Shown: piece after piece, positions 13,340-30,405 of the stretch
Position numbering within the stretch: the stretch's first letter is position 1
Layout of the letters: each line of letters begins with the position of its first letter
Assembly (NCBI GenBank): GCA_964016885.1
Contig: OZ024762.1
Span: 3,038,001-3,102,000, forward strand
Reading direction: 5' to 3'
DNA: 64,000 nucleotides
Origin: Eledone cirrhosa
Taxonomy: Eukaryota
Made by a program: the position numbers and the translations under genes
The notes under the pieces: generated by a model
The model's input: only the letters and a program-made list of their open reading frames with translations
Database searches by the model: none
What the model was told of the DNA's origin: nothing

Positions 13340-14920
13340 ATTATGGTTTTATAAATATAGTTTCCATTTATTAATATATGGTATATTATATATATATATA
13401 TTATATATATTTATATATATATATATATTATATATTATATATATATATTATATATATATATTATATATATATATATTATATATATATATATATTATATAT
13501 GTAGCTAGTATGCAGGTGTGACCACTTGATGACAATCTGGAGTGGGGGTGGGGGTTACTTCTTCCTTTAATTTTTCTTTATTTCCTCTTCATATTTATTC
13601 ATTTATCCTTTATTACTGCATTACGTATCGCAGCCGACAGGCTGAGGCCATGCTGGGGCACTGCCATTCTTTCATTTTATCTTTTCAATTCTTCTCCTTT
13701 ATCATTCCTCTCAATGTTTTTTTTACTTTTTCTTCGTGTCTCCTTCCCTTTTCTTCCTCTCTTCGTTTTCTTTTCTTGTATTTTTATTTGTAACTTTTTT
13801 TTTTCTTCTTTAATTTTTTTATTTTATTTTTTCTTTCATCCTTTCTTTTATTTTTTCTTTCCTTTTTTCTTTCATTTTTTTTCTTTCATTTTTTCTTTCA
13901 TTTTTTTCTTTCATTTTTTCTTTCATTTTTTCTTTCATTGTCTTTTCCGCATCAATTCTCTTTCTTGCTTTCTCTCCCCCCCCCCTCTTTCACTCACTCT
14001 CTTACCTCACTCTCACTCCACTCTCTCCCCTCCTCTACTCTCACTCTCTCTCCTCCTCCACTCTCTCCCTCATGCTCTCACTCTCCCTTACTCCACTCTC
14101 ACTCTCCCCCTTTCTCCACAGTCAAGAATTTACGATCTTCAACGAATATATTTGAAAAAAGCAAAACAAAAACAAAAAACGAAAGCCACAAACAAACCAA
14201 CCAACCAACAAAAAAGAACACAAAACAACGACAGTACAAACGAACGCGAAATCCTTTTTTGGTCGCCATCTTAGAAAAGGTAATGTGTGTTTATCGCCAT
14301 AACTTAGGAACCATCAAATCTAAATTTATCGACAAATCACGCTAATATCCAATTAAAGACATAAATAAATGAATAAATAAATGAATGAATGAACAAATAA
14401 ATAAACAAAAAAAACTCGTAAATAATTTTAAAACAAGTAACATTGATTATAAACAAATCAACTAACAAAAAAGAGGAAGTCCCTCGTAAATGATAAAAAA
14501 AATCGCATTGATTATAAACAAATGAATAAACAAATTTTTAAAAAACCTGCGCAAATAATAAAAAAAAAAAGAAGCCCATTTGATTATAAATAAAAAGATA
14601 GTTTTTACACCAACTAAGAGGCAATATAAAGCTAAATTCGGCCTGAGGGAATATTATAAACGAAGAAGAAATAGCGGCGATAAAAAATCACCTCTTCAAA
14701 TCCTTAATCTGCAAACATTTGCTTAATTCTATTTTAAATTCTAACAACAAATACTGTTTTCTATTTCCGATGCTTTAACGATTTTCCAATTATAAAAATC
14801 GTCAATAATTTCGTAGGATTTCGCAAATTACTTGATCGGGGAACCGCATATCTCTCTCTCTCTCTCTCTCTCTCTCTCCTTCTGACTGTCTCTCTCTCTC
14901 TCACTCTCTCTTTCTCTCCT

Positions 14921-15010
<90 letters not shown>

Positions 15011-15087
15011 TCTCTCCTGTCTTTCTCTCTCTCTCTTACTCTCTCTCTTTCCCATCTGCCTGTCTGTCTCTTCTCTCTCTCTTCCCC

Positions 15088-15141
<54 letters not shown>

Positions 15142-15266
15142 TTGTGTATGTGTATATATGTGTATATATCTATATATATATATTTGTGTACGTGTATATA
15201 TGTGTATATATCTATCTATATATATATATTTGTGTATGTGAATATATCTATCTATATATATAGGTA

Positions 15267-15329
<63 letters not shown>

Positions 15330-15423
15330 ATGTATATATGTATAGGTGTATGCATATGTCTGTGTGTATATATGCATATATATGTTTATGAATGTGTAAA
15401 TATGCATATATGTATGTGTATAT

Positions 15424-15477
<54 letters not shown>

Positions 15478-15480
<3 letters not shown>

Positions 15481-15706
15481 GGCTTTCACCGTTTTTTTGA
15501 CTAAAGGAATTTTAGCCTGATAATGGGGTTTAGAACTCTCAGATAAATGGAAAAAGATGAGTATTGACGTCAATACTCATCTTCTTTCATTTATCTGAGG
15601 GTTCTAAACCCCATTATCAGGCTAAAATTCCTTTAGTCAAAAATACGGTGAAAGCTATTATATTTTCTATTTTCAAACCTGCTCACTGTTTCAAAACATA
15701 CTTACT

Positions 15707-15711
<5 letters not shown>
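15478..15711. repeat. Spacer-less palindrome (~90-bp arms, centre TGACGTCA) with a one-sided ~50-bp tail, in (TA)n
   Basis: 15478-15569 is the near-perfect reverse complement of 15570-15660. Confidence 0.85.
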
Positions 15712-15774
<63 letters not shown>

Positions 15775-15783
15775 ATGTATGTG

Positions 15784-15840
<57 letters not shown>

Positions 15841-15984
15841 ATATATGTATATGTATATATATATATATGTGTGTGTGTGTATGTATATATATATACATAT
15901 ATATATATATATTATATATATATATATGTATATATCTATATATACATATATATATACATATGTATATATATATATATACATATG

Positions 15985-16020
<36 letters not shown>

Positions 16021-16080
16021 ATATATGTATATATCTATATATACATATATATATACATATGTATATATATATATATATAC

Positions 16081-16262
<182 letters not shown>

Positions 16263-16311
16263 ACCTGGTTCCTTACCACATTTCCTTCGTTATATATATA
16301 CATATATATAC

Positions 16312-16407
<96 letters not shown>

Positions 16408-16414
16408 TATATAC

Positions 16415-16448
<34 letters not shown>

Positions 16449-16459
16449 TATATATATTA

Positions 16460-16526
<67 letters not shown>

Positions 16527-16539
16527 TATATATATTATA

Positions 16540-16589
<50 letters not shown>

Positions 16590-16679
16590 CATATATATAC
16601 ATATATATATTATATATATATATACATATATATATACATATATATATTATATATATATTATATATATACATATATATAT

Positions 16680-16716
<37 letters not shown>

Positions 16717-17662
16717 GTGTATGTATGTATGTATGTATGTATGTATGTATGTATGTATGTATGTATGTATGTATGTATGTATGTATGTATGTATGTGTAG
16801 GATTGGATTTACAAAAGCGAGGAAAAAACGTTCTCAGTAGAGTCTAATAATATATACGTTATATAACATATTATATTTTGCTGCTAGTTTGTGTTATTTT
16901 GTGTTATTTTGTGTTTCGAGATTGTTCGCCAATCATCTCATCATCTTGTTGATGTTAATGGAATCTTTCGCACGAAAAGTATAAGGATTTGGAGCTAGTT
17001 AGAGAAAGGGATGGGGGCGGGGGGATGTAGCTAGAGAGAGGCGGGATATAGGTAGAGAGGGGTATTGATAGATAGAGAGAAAGAGAGAGGGATATAGATA
17101 GATAGAGGGATATAGATAGATAGATAGATCGATATAAATAGATAGGTAGAGAGGGATAGATGTAGATAGATATAGATAGATAGGGAGAGAGATAGAGAGA
17201 GAGATTTATACGCACACATATGTGTACATACACACATCACGTACACGTGTACTCACCCATACACGTGTGTGTGTAGACAGACATACATACACACACACCC
17301 ATATATATACAGATATACCCCTGCATACATATGTGTATGTGCACACGCACACACAGCCCACCCACCCCCACACACACACACACATATATGCGTACATACA
17401 CGCACATATACATCGAGTAGGGTCAGATGAGGTATTAACGTGAAATAAACCATATAAAAAAATACACATGGAAAACTCGTAAAAAAATACACACAATAGG
17501 TAAAGTTGAGCACATTAATGAAAAGTACGAAATGTTGAGTACATCAATGAAAATTAAGATGCCGTATCTGCGATGATGTGATGACAGTTTTAAAATAAAA
17601 TACAATACAGTATAATCAATGGTACGATGTCACATTCTGTATACTTCTGTCGATGCCCTTGT

Positions 17663-20310
17663 TCATGTCCGTACCTCCACGGGGCTCAAATTAAACCTAT
17701 CCGGGAATTCCAATGCAGAAAATGTGCATTTTCGTTGGTGTCTGCATGCCATGATAACCTCGGATTTCAGGTTGACTGCGTTACCCTTTAATCTCACTAT
17801 TTCCATGGCTTCGGTCAAGCACAGTCTGCATCGCCCTTCACCAGCTGAGTATGCACTTGCACGTTGAATAATACTCCAGTTGAGATCGTACGCAGTACCA
17901 CCATCTTTCAAGTCCCAGATCAAGTTTGCCAGCCTAGTGGAATGCCACTTAACCCGGCCCTTAAAAGAGTTCGTGTGATTGTACATCCTCGCCTTGAAGG
18001 TCGTGGATGTTGCACCGATATATGTGTGCTTAGATTTGTGCATGTTAACCACACATTTATAGACAACGCCCTTCACTAGGCACTTCCCCTGCAGAGGGCA
18101 TTGTATGCCAACACGGCAGTTGCAAGTTCTGGTTATATTCTGCTCAGTATTTTCGCAGGGACTTGGCCTTGGTGCGGCGCGCGTCCCATCTTCTCCATGG
18201 TGTTCCGCAGGCGCAGTGTACCCAGTGCTCACAGTCAGCGTCACCTGGTTTTCGAGTTCTGTGTCTGCTGCGGGTTGATCGCCTCCTAAGGGGTCTGCGC
18301 CGCGATTGCTGGCCGCATCTCTGTGCTCCTCCTGGTCCTCCAGTGATACCACCCGTCTATAGTTGTCGACGCTCGAAGTTCTTCATTTTCACTGCATTAG
18401 TTTTGGCTATATAGTCGGCCATGTTGGGTGCAGTGGAAAATGAGAACTTCACTGTGTGGCGATTGAAACGCCTGTGGCACTGTGTGACGCCGGGAAGCAC
18501 TCGTCCAATGCCCTGAAGAAGAGGCCGGGTATGTTGGTGGATACGTGTTTCTAATACAGTGCATTGAACCACGTAATGTTCTTAGATCTTGTCCTATTTC
18601 GTCGTCTTTGTGTAGTAGTAGTAGTGTGCGTAGGGTCAGTTGGATTTCCCGAGTTGTGTATACCCGCTAATTCCGCCCCCATGCTATCGCTATTCCTATA
18701 TCTATCATGTATGTCCAAATTATTGTGTTCACCTTCTAAATTATGCTGGTCGTGTCTACTGGTCCTATAGTTAATCTCATTGCTACTGTCTGATTGTGCT
18801 GCCGGTGTTATAGCTATGTTAATGATCCATGTGGTCTCCCTAGTTAGTTCCACATTATGTGCTGTCTTTACTCTATTACTAACGCTAATTTTCCCATCAC
18901 GGGGTTTGCAGGTGTTGAGATTCTGTTTATGTGTGCTGCGTGCCCTAGAATCCCCCTGTGCCTTGTCTGTCTGACTGTCACGTTGATATCGATGCCATAA
19001 TTTACTTTCCTATTCTTACTATTTAATGCATGTTCCCGGGTGTTTTGCCTGTCTCTGACTGTATTATTGCTATCCGCGTGTGTATGTATCACGCGGTTAG
19101 TCTCATAATTGTCTGGGTTATACACTATGGCTTCTGTATAACCGACCCTAGCCAGTGCCTCATTATAATAATCGGTGTGCAGGCTGAACACATCTGCGTT
19201 GGCCGACAAGGTGGATACCCGGTTAGAAACCCCCCTTGACTATAGAGTCGATTATAGACTTGGGGTGGTTCGAGTGTCTGCTCACATATTGCAGGTTCTT
19301 GTTAGGCTTATGATAAGAGTTACATCTAAGAAATTCACCGTCTTAGTGCTAGGTTCTATCACTACGGATAATCCGTGTTGCTTAAAAAAAAAGGTGAGGT
19401 GCGTTTCCGCATACGCTCCAGCTGGTTAGGGTTTAGGGAGCGGAAGATAAACAGGACGCCGTCTCTATATAGTCTGCCCCCACGCCTGGGATCTCCTCCG
19501 CCAACCGTTGGAGGAGGTAAACTTCCACCAGATCCGTCACCTGCGTGGAGTCGCTCGACCCCATGGTTATGTCAAATATATATGGTCTATCCCTCCTTTC
19601 CCATAATCTATCGTCGAACCGTATTAATGTCTTTCTCGCTGCTACAATAATGTCTACATCCCTTCTAGTGAGGCTGGACCTAGCCATAGCGCTCATGAGG
19701 GCCTTATTCACAATTACTGGGGATATTGACGCGTAGTAATTTGCTATGTCCAACTGAATGAATTTCACTTCCTGTTTGTTATCTAATAGCGAGAACCAGT
19801 CTATTACTTCTTTGGTAGAAATCCTTAAGCTAAGTCTAGTTCTAATCCTTAGTATAGGTAAGATCCTGTCTATTATATTCTTACTAGCTCCACCTAAGTC
19901 CGACTTGGAAAGTGCTATTAGTCTAACCGGGAGATTGGTCCTAAAGTCTAATTTGTGGTTCTTAATAGATATCCTCGGTTTTCTTGGTACATATGATTCG
20001 GTCTTATCGTCTATTTCCAAATCCGTCATTAATTCTTTGGTTGCGGCGTTGATGCTATTAAGGTTGTCCTGTCCTGTGGTTCTATAGTTTTCCTAATCTC
20101 TTTCTCAGTGAATTCATTATAAGTTGTGTGGTCAAGCCTGTATACGTTACCCGATTGCACAAGTAAATCCGGGCAGTGCTCCATGTTCTTAATCCCGGAG
20201 CTGAGTTCCTTGAGGCAGGTGTTGTTTCCTATCACCCACTCTACTACCAGAAGCATCGAGTACTCTGGTGGGTTGTGGTCCACCTGGAACTTTACCACAC
20301 CCTATCTGAT
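17663..20310 (-). mobile_element. Decayed Penelope-like retroelement (Hydra-like), 5'-truncated, with an inverted pLTR tail at 20226-20310
   Basis: IQLDIANYYASI, DITMGSSDS, NFLDVTL; CNCRVGIQCPLQGKC, VVYKC..YIGATSTTFKARMYNH, CRLCLTE..LKSE..CRH; multiple frameshifts. Confidence 0.92.
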
Positions 20311-20323
20311 ATATATATATATA

Positions 20324-20504
20324 TAACAAAGGGGGTGTTGTAAAATACCAATTGGACCATAACCCACCAGAGTACTCGATACTTCTGGTAGTAGAGTGGG
20401 TGATAGGAAAAGAGTCAGGACCCCGACGGCAGAGCTCCGGTCGTTTCGGATCTAACTGTCGAAGCGGCCGGAGCTCAGCCGTCGGGGTCCTGACCCTTTT
20501 CCTA
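20324..20504. mobile_element. Fold-back pLTR insert (family P1 variant)
   Basis: Long arm plus inverted short arm around 'cgtttcggatctaactgtcgaagcg'; tail homologous to 20226-20310. Confidence 0.8.
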
Positions 20505-21191
20505 TATATATACATATACACACACGCGGGGAGAGTGAAAAAGACGCACACACGCACCTACACATATATATATATATAATGTGTGTGTGCGTGTGTGTTG
20601 TCTTTCTGTATATATGTGTGTGTGTATTTCGGTTATATAAATTCTTTTTAATAGCTTATTCTCCATTGTAATTGATTAAATCCAACCAGGAAAATTCTAT
20701 TAAACAATTTAAAAATGAATTCCTTCACGTCTCCGCCATTAAACTTCGCTAGCAGCTCATTTATTTTCCATATTCAATGTGAAGAAATGATTTAGTTCAT
20801 ATCTGATATGATTGCCAGAATAATGTAGCGGGTTTTTTTTCTTTTTTAATTACTTTACATAAAAATGAGAAAATGCTAATCCTTTATTGCTATCGCAGTT
20901 AACCCTTTCATTGCCATCATTTCAAATAATTTTGAAAATAAATAAGAATTTGAATGGAGTTAGTAATGTCTCTAACATGCTCATAATTTATCTGGTGTTT
21001 AGAGCATAACTTAAATGGCTTTTTTATAGAATTGTATTGGAAGGTTGTTATTTTTAAACTAATATAGATATTTTAACGCTATCATTATCATAAATTAATA
21101 TTTTGAAGGTATTTGGTAATATAACGAACTCTTAATATTAAGTTGGTGTCTGGAGCAAAATTTACAGAGTTTGTTTTACACAAAACTATAA

Positions 21192-21577
21192 TTGTTTCTA
21201 CTTTTGGCACAAGGCCAGCAATTATCCCAGTTTATTACTGGTACTTTATTTTATCGACCCCGTAAGGATGAAAGGCAAAGTTGACCCCGGCTGGATTTGA
21301 ACTCAGAATGGCAAGGGCCGTAACTCTATGCTAGAAAGCATGGCGTCCGACTCTCTACCGATACTGCCAATCCACCGCCCATGTTTTATTAAATAATTGT
21401 TTCTACTATTGGTACAAGGCCAGCAATTACCCAGTACATTACTGGTACATTATTTTATCGACCCCGTAAGGATGAAAGGCAAAGTTAACCTCGGCGGGAT
21501 TTGAACTCAGAATAGCAAGGGCAGTAACTCTATGCGTCAAAGCATAGCGTCCGACCCTCTACCGATACTGCCAATTC
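21192..21577 (-). mobile_element. Tandem pair of family-A SINEs within one 14-bp target-site duplication
   Basis: Two copies (21192-21380, 21395-21577); cacaaaactataat at 21179-21192 and 21578-21591. Confidence 0.85.
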
Positions 21578-22747
21578 CACAAAACTATAATGGAAGATTT
21601 TTAGATAAATGTAAACACTTTAACCTTTTTGTTACCACATTTTTAATGAAAGACATTAGCCGTGATTTCAAAATAATTTTGAAAATAATCAATAATCTGG
21701 AGGAATTTAATAATATGACCATCTTTGTCGTTATCAAGTTAGTCTTTGGAACATAACTTAAAAAAACGTTCTTACACAAAACTACTACCCATCATCTTCT
21801 TGCCAGCTCTGCTACAACATTTACGATAATAGCACCAGCTATACAGCTCTGGTATAACATTTACCATAACAGCTCTGGTATAACACTTACCATATCAGCT
21901 ATACAGCTCTGGTAAAGCATGAACAGCACCATCATTGACAACAGCTACTGGTAAACTACCATAACAGATTCACCCACAACTCTGGTACAACACTTACCAT
22001 AACAGCTAATATTTAATGCAAGTACAGCAACTTTGCCCATGTCAGACTTTATCCGTTTTCTGTTAGACCCCGGGTGGTCACGCATAAATATCAAAACAGC
22101 TAGTCATTTGACACAGCGGCTCAACACGGCCTATAGCGCCTCATTTTTCTTCTTGCATGCATTCTTTTGTTCAATTTTTTCATTGGTGTGCTCTCTTTCA
22201 GCATTTTTCCTGCTGATTCAATTTTATATATCGTCTTGCAGACTAAATAGGGGGTATTGTAGTGACCTACATTCCGAGGGATCATGGATACATTCTCCGT
22301 GCATTGTTTGACTCAGTTCAGCCAATCGCTAGGAAAATGCGTAGGAAAATGTATCTCGACTTCCGCCCAGAGGGGGGGATTCCCGCGGCGATTCGAAACT
22401 CTCTCTTGCTTGCAGCTCGAACCGTAAAGCATAGACAATATGTAGCAACAGATATCACTACGGGTCTGGCTAACGCCTCAGCCAGTTGACCGTACCTTCT
22501 TAAACTCTTAATTAATAGTTTCTCTTGGCATTCCATTTAAACCTTTATAAGCTTTTTATTGATAACATTAACAATCCTATCAATAGACATTCTTTGTAAT
22601 CTGTAAAAAAATTATATATAAACAATTATAGAGTCGTAAGATGCTATTTTCAACAACATTGCTTTTAACATCTTCAATGTTGACTTCTGTGATACAATAC
22701 ACAAATACACACATTCTCAAAACAAACATCTACTAAATAACTTCTTC

Positions 22748-22808
<61 letters not shown>

Positions 22809-23209
22809 TATACTACGTGTATATTATTTACATACGCACATAAAAAACAAACACACAAAGTGACGGACTCACTCAGATACAAAGACATATATATATATCG
22901 TTTTTATTACTGCAATCAAAATAAAGCTGAAGCTTACATTATTCAGGAAGCAAATTGTACAATAATATAACTTGTCTCTTTAATGTTAGCGTTTTTTTCA
23001 ATAAGCTTGAAAGAACATAGACCGAAAAGCCGTTTTGCATACTATTTGATAAATCTCATTAGGCCAGTTTAGACAAACACACGGCATTATAGGCTACTTA
23101 TCCAAATAGCTAAAGATGAATTGTTTAAACATTATACAAATACTAATATTAATTCACATGGGAACCTAGAGAAATTTTTAAAAGTCTTCTGAAATCTACG
23201 TAGTGCAAC

Positions 23210-23266
<57 letters not shown>

Positions 23267-23384
23267 GTATATATATATATTATATATATATATATTTATA
23301 TATATATATATATATATATATTATATTTGTATATATATATATATATTATATTTGTATATATATATATTATATATATATATATTC

Positions 23385-23422
<38 letters not shown>

Positions 23423-23715
23423 TATATATATATATACATACACATATATATACATACACACATATATATATATATTTATACATACATGCACACATATATA
23501 TATATATACATATATATTCACATATTTATATATGTATACATATATATTATATATATATATATATTCACACACAGATATATATATATATATGCATATATAT
23601 ATATATTTACATATATATTCACATATTTATATATTATATATTTATATATTATATATATGTTACGTTTCGCTTTTTCTACCCGCCGAAATGCGATTCTCGC
23701 TGAATTTATATTTGT

Positions 23716-23787
<72 letters not shown>

Positions 23788-23867
23788 ATATATTTATTAA
23801 AATAACAGATTAAAGTTTAAGCTAAGAATCGCTGCTTTCACCCTTATATATATATATATACATACAT

Positions 23868-23901
<34 letters not shown>

Positions 23902-23997
23902 ATATATACATATACATATATATATATACATATATATATATACATATATATATATACATATATATATATACATATATATATATACATATATATATAC

Positions 23998-24030
<33 letters not shown>

Positions 24031-24103
24031 CATATATATATACATATATATATATATACATATATATATATACATATATATATATATACATATATATATA
24101 TAC

Positions 24104-24230
<127 letters not shown>

Positions 24231-24338
24231 CATATATATATATACATATATATATACATATATATATATATACATATACATATATATATATATATACATA
24301 CCTATATGCATATATATGTATATGCACACATATGCATG

Positions 24339-24384
<46 letters not shown>

Positions 24385-24439
24385 CATATATATATATACA
24401 TACCTATATGCATATATATGCATATGCACACATATGCAT

Positions 24440-24498
<59 letters not shown>

Positions 24499-25040
24499 CA
24501 TTGCGGAAAAGAGAAGAAAAGCAAAAAAAAAAAAAAAAAAAAAACACAGAAAAACAATTACAAAATAATAAAAACAATATTACCCCCCCCCCCCCCTCCA
24601 CATAAAAACAATAAAACAAACAAAAAACACAATTTATATCCAGGAATATTTAGCGAAGATAGAAAAAAACGTAGAATTTGTTTATTTTCCTGGTTTTGTT
24701 TTTCTAGATTTACTAAATTTTCCGATTGTAAAATGATTTGACGAGATGACACGTAATGTTAAACGATGTAAGACAAATAATATAACTGGCGAATCGATAT
24801 TATTGTTTGATTTTCCCATCCATTCCATATCCCTCCATTTATCAGGGGGCGATTATCAATATTGCCTAAAGTAAAAACAATTATTATTATTATCATCATC
24901 ATCGTCATCATCATCATCATCATCATCATCGTCCTCATCATCATCATTATCATCGTCATCATCCTCAGCATTGGGTCGATAAAATAGAGTACCAGTAATA
25001 CACTGGGTTAATTGCTGGCCTTGTGCCAAAAGTAGAAACA

Positions 25041-25084
<44 letters not shown>

Positions 25085-25087
25085 CAA

Positions 25088-25268
25088 GGGCGGTGGATTG
25101 GCAGTATCGGTAGAGAGTCGGAAGCCATGCTTTCCAGCATAGAGTTACGTCCCTTTACAATCTGAGTTCTAATCTCGCCGAGGTTGACTTTGCCTTTCAT
25201 CCTTACGGGGTCGATAAAATAAAGTACCAGTAATGCACTGGGTAATTGCTGGCCTTGTGCCTAAAGTA
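25088..25268 (+). mobile_element. Family-A SINE next to (TTA)n
   Basis: A/B boxes and central domain. Confidence 0.85.
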
Positions 25269-26145
25269 CGAGTCAATAAGCTTTGATTCTGGGCAGCTAA
25301 GATGAAGCCTTCACTCGCCGCCTTTAGCCCTGAGCTACGTAGCCACTGATGGCTGTACTTTTGGTCAACATCAGCTTGTTTGCTGCGGGCCACATATTTG
25401 CTATGCAGAGGTTTCTGCTCCCAATTTCATGCAAATTGTCCTTGCCCTTTTGCTTTTGCCAGTGATTTTATGTGCCTAGCAGCATCAGTTGCATCAGTTA
25501 CTTTAGTCTGTCCAGCCTGGGTATCAAACATGAGATCAGTAGCATATTTGTTGCTCTCCTTCAAGATAGAATGAAGCTTCTTACTTCTCTCATGCTTTTC
25601 AACAAGTTTCAGCATACAGTCGTTAGTTGTTTCAAGGTATTTGTCCAGTCTAATGATGGTGGTCTTGTAAGCAAGTTTAAATTGGATCAGGCCACGGCCT
25701 CCCTGAGTTCTAGGAAGGTAAAGACGATCCACATCTGCTTTTGGGTGGTTCATCCTATTACAGGTCAGTAGCTTACGGACTTTGGTGTCAATTCTTTTGA
25801 TTTCAGTTCAACACACCGAAGCTATAAGTGACAACTGGGACTGCCAAGGAATTTATGGCCAGCACCTTGTTACAAGCTTTTAGTTCTGATCTCAGAACTG
25901 CACGTACTCTCCTGTAACATTCTTTCCGTATCCTCTCTTTCATACTTGCATGCTGTATGCCAGAGCCCTCATTAATCCCTAAGTATTTATAGGTTTGTTC
26001 CTGCTCAAGTTCCTTTATGATTGTCTCAGCATCCAATTCAACTGAGTCTCATTTGACAAGCTTCCCCTTCTTGAAAGTGGCTTTTGCACACTTGTCAAGT
26101 CCAAACTCCATCCTGATGTCATCGCTGAACGTTTTTACTGTCCGC
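25269..26145 (-). mobile_element. Dong/R4-like non-LTR retrotransposon RT fragment (pseudogene)
   Basis: FSDDIRMEFGLDKCAK, YKYLGINE, NKVLAINSLAVPVVTYSFG, HPKADVDRLYLPRTQGGRGL, SEGFILAAQNQSL. Confidence 0.85.
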
Positions 26146-26268
26146 TCAGTAAGATCAGGTTCTAGTTCTTCTATGATTTCTTTTGTCACAGAATTACCAA
26201 TCATTATTTGTTTTCTATTTTGGATTGTATTTATTGTTTTTCCTTTTTCCTCAGTATTATTTCTGATA

Positions 26269-26455
26269 GGTGGTGGATTGGCAGTATCGGTGGAGGGTCG
26301 GACGCCATGCTTTCCAGCATAGTTACGTCCCTTTACGATCTGAGTTCAAATCCCGCCGAGGTTGACTTTGCCTTTCATCCTTACGGGGTCGATAAAATAA
26401 AGTACCAGTGGTGCACTGGGTAATTGCTGGCCTTGTGCCTAAAGTAGAAACAATT
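26269..26455 (+). mobile_element. Family-A SINE with 13-bp TSD attatttctgata
   Basis: Full head, domain and tail; TSD at 26256-26268 and 26453-26465. Confidence 0.9.
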
Positions 26456-26930
26456 ATTTCTGATATATGCCGAGTGTCTTCCTGACACCTAGGGAAAATT
26501 ATTATAATTATAATGATAATAATAATTATTATTATTAAGGGCGCTTTATGTTATGGCCCTTTACGTTCTGAGTTCAAATCCCGTCGAGGTTAGCTTAGCT
26601 TTTCATCCTTACGGTGTCCATAAAATAAAGTGTCGATAGAACTCAGAAATAATAACAATATTATTGTGGGTACTATGAAATAAAGTATTTTGCTTAAGAA
26701 CACAACACACCGCCCAATCCAGGTATGTTCGACATTATGATCATTAACCCGAAATCTTAACTATTGAGCCACGTACCTTCCCGTGGTTATAGGCAGGAAA
26801 ATATCGAAACACAAATAAAAATGGTGGAACATGGAAAGATATAAAAACACAGAATAAATATTTCTACCTTGATGGCTTTATTGTGTATATATATATACAT
26901 ATATATATTATATATATATATAATATATAA

Positions 26931-26970
<40 letters not shown>

Positions 26971-27008
26971 TGCATATATTTATATTTATATATATATATA
27001 ATGTATAA

Positions 27009-27071
<63 letters not shown>

Positions 27072-27096
27072 AATATACATTATATGCATATATTTA

Positions 27097-27139
<43 letters not shown>

Positions 27140-27844
27140 AATATACATTATATGCATATATTTATATATATATATATACACATATATATATATATATACA
27201 TTTTCACATACAAATATATATGCATACATACATATACCAATACATTTATATATACATATACATATATATGCATACATATACTTATACACACACACACACC
27301 TATGTAGATATGTTTTTATTTAGAATCTTCAAAAATTTGGAAATATTTCAATATATCAAAAGAATATGTGAAACTATAATCAAATTAAAATATTTATGAA
27401 ATACAAAACAGAACAACACACAACATTAGCATGTCTTCCTTTTTTTTTGCTTTCCTTATTTACGTATTTTTTACTTTCCTTATTTGCGTATTTTTTACTT
27501 TCCTTATATGGCTAATTTTTCTAATTCAGTTTTAGTCTGTTTAGTTTCTATTTTCATTTCTATAGTCATTAATATAAAGAACTTTTTAATACGCATCCCT
27601 GGCTAATGAATGTATTCTATATAGTTTGTCGTATTATTTAAACAATGATAATTCGCCAAACGCCATTTATATTATATGTTTTATATTGTTCCATCAGTCT
27701 TTGTTTCCTCATCTAGGTTTGTTTTGTTTTTTAATTTGTTAAATTGTAAAATTCAATAATAAAAATAATAACTGTAATTTTTATCGAATGATATATGTAT
27801 ATATATAAGTGTGTATATATATATATATATACACATATATATAT

Positions 27845-27947
<103 letters not shown>

Positions 27948-27982
27948 TATATGTACGTGTATATATATATATATATATGTAC

Positions 27983-28806
<824 letters not shown>

Positions 28807-28807
28807 C

Positions 28808-28844
<37 letters not shown>

Positions 28845-28887
28845 TATATACGTGTGTATATATATATACATAGATATATATATATAT

Positions 28888-28919
<32 letters not shown>

Positions 28920-28947
28920 ATTATATATATATATTATATATATATAT

Positions 28948-28981
<34 letters not shown>

Positions 28982-29802
28982 ATTATATATATATATTATA
29001 TATATATATTATATATATATATATATTATACATATATATATATTATATATATATATATATTATACATATATATATATATATATTATACATATATATATAT
29101 ATATATTATACATATATATATATTATACATATATATATATATTATACATATATATATATATTATACATATATATATATATATTATACATATTTATATATA
29201 TTGTACATATATATATATATATTATACATATATATATATATATTATACATATATATATATATATTATACATATATATACATGTATTATACATATATATAT
29301 ATTATACATATATATATATATTATACATATATATATATATTATACATATATATATATATTATACATATATATATATATTATACATATATATATATTATAC
29401 ATATATATATATTATACATATATATATATATTATACATATATATATTATACATATATATATATTATACATATATATATATATATTATAGATATATATATA
29501 TATTATAGATATATATATATATTATACATATATATATATATTATACATATATATATATATTATACATATATTATATTATACATATATATATATATTATAC
29601 ATATATATATTATACATATATATATTATACATATATATATATATTATACATATATATATATATTATAAATATATATATATTATATTATATATATATATAT
29701 ATATATTATACATATATATATATATTATACATATATATATATAATACATATATATATATATATATTATACATATATATATAAATATTATACATATATATA
29801 TT

Positions 29803-29842
<40 letters not shown>

Positions 29843-30358
29843 CATATATATATATATATATTATATATATATATATATATTATACATATATATATATATA
29901 TTATACATATATATATATATATATATATTATCCATATATATATAATACATATATATATAATACATATATATATATATATATATAATACATATATATATAT
30001 ATATAACACATATATATATATATATAATACATATATATATATAATACATATATATATATAATACATATATATATATAATACATATATATATATATATATA
30101 ATACATATATATATTATACATATATATATATATATATATATTATACATATATATAATACATATATAGATATATATTATACATATATATATATTATATTAT
30201 ATATATATACATATATTATACATATATATATATATAATATATATATACACATTTATTTATTTTACATATATCATATATATTATATATATTTATTTTATAT
30301 TATACAGATATATTTAACATACACATATATATATATATTATACAGATATATTTAACAT

Positions 30359-30405
<47 letters not shown>

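Noticed and set aside
17663-20225. Selenocysteine (UGA) recoding as in Naiad PLEs
   Set aside because: Domain order is RT then endonuclease (not Naiad), the conserved cysteines I could read are intact, and the interruptions look like ordinary decay.
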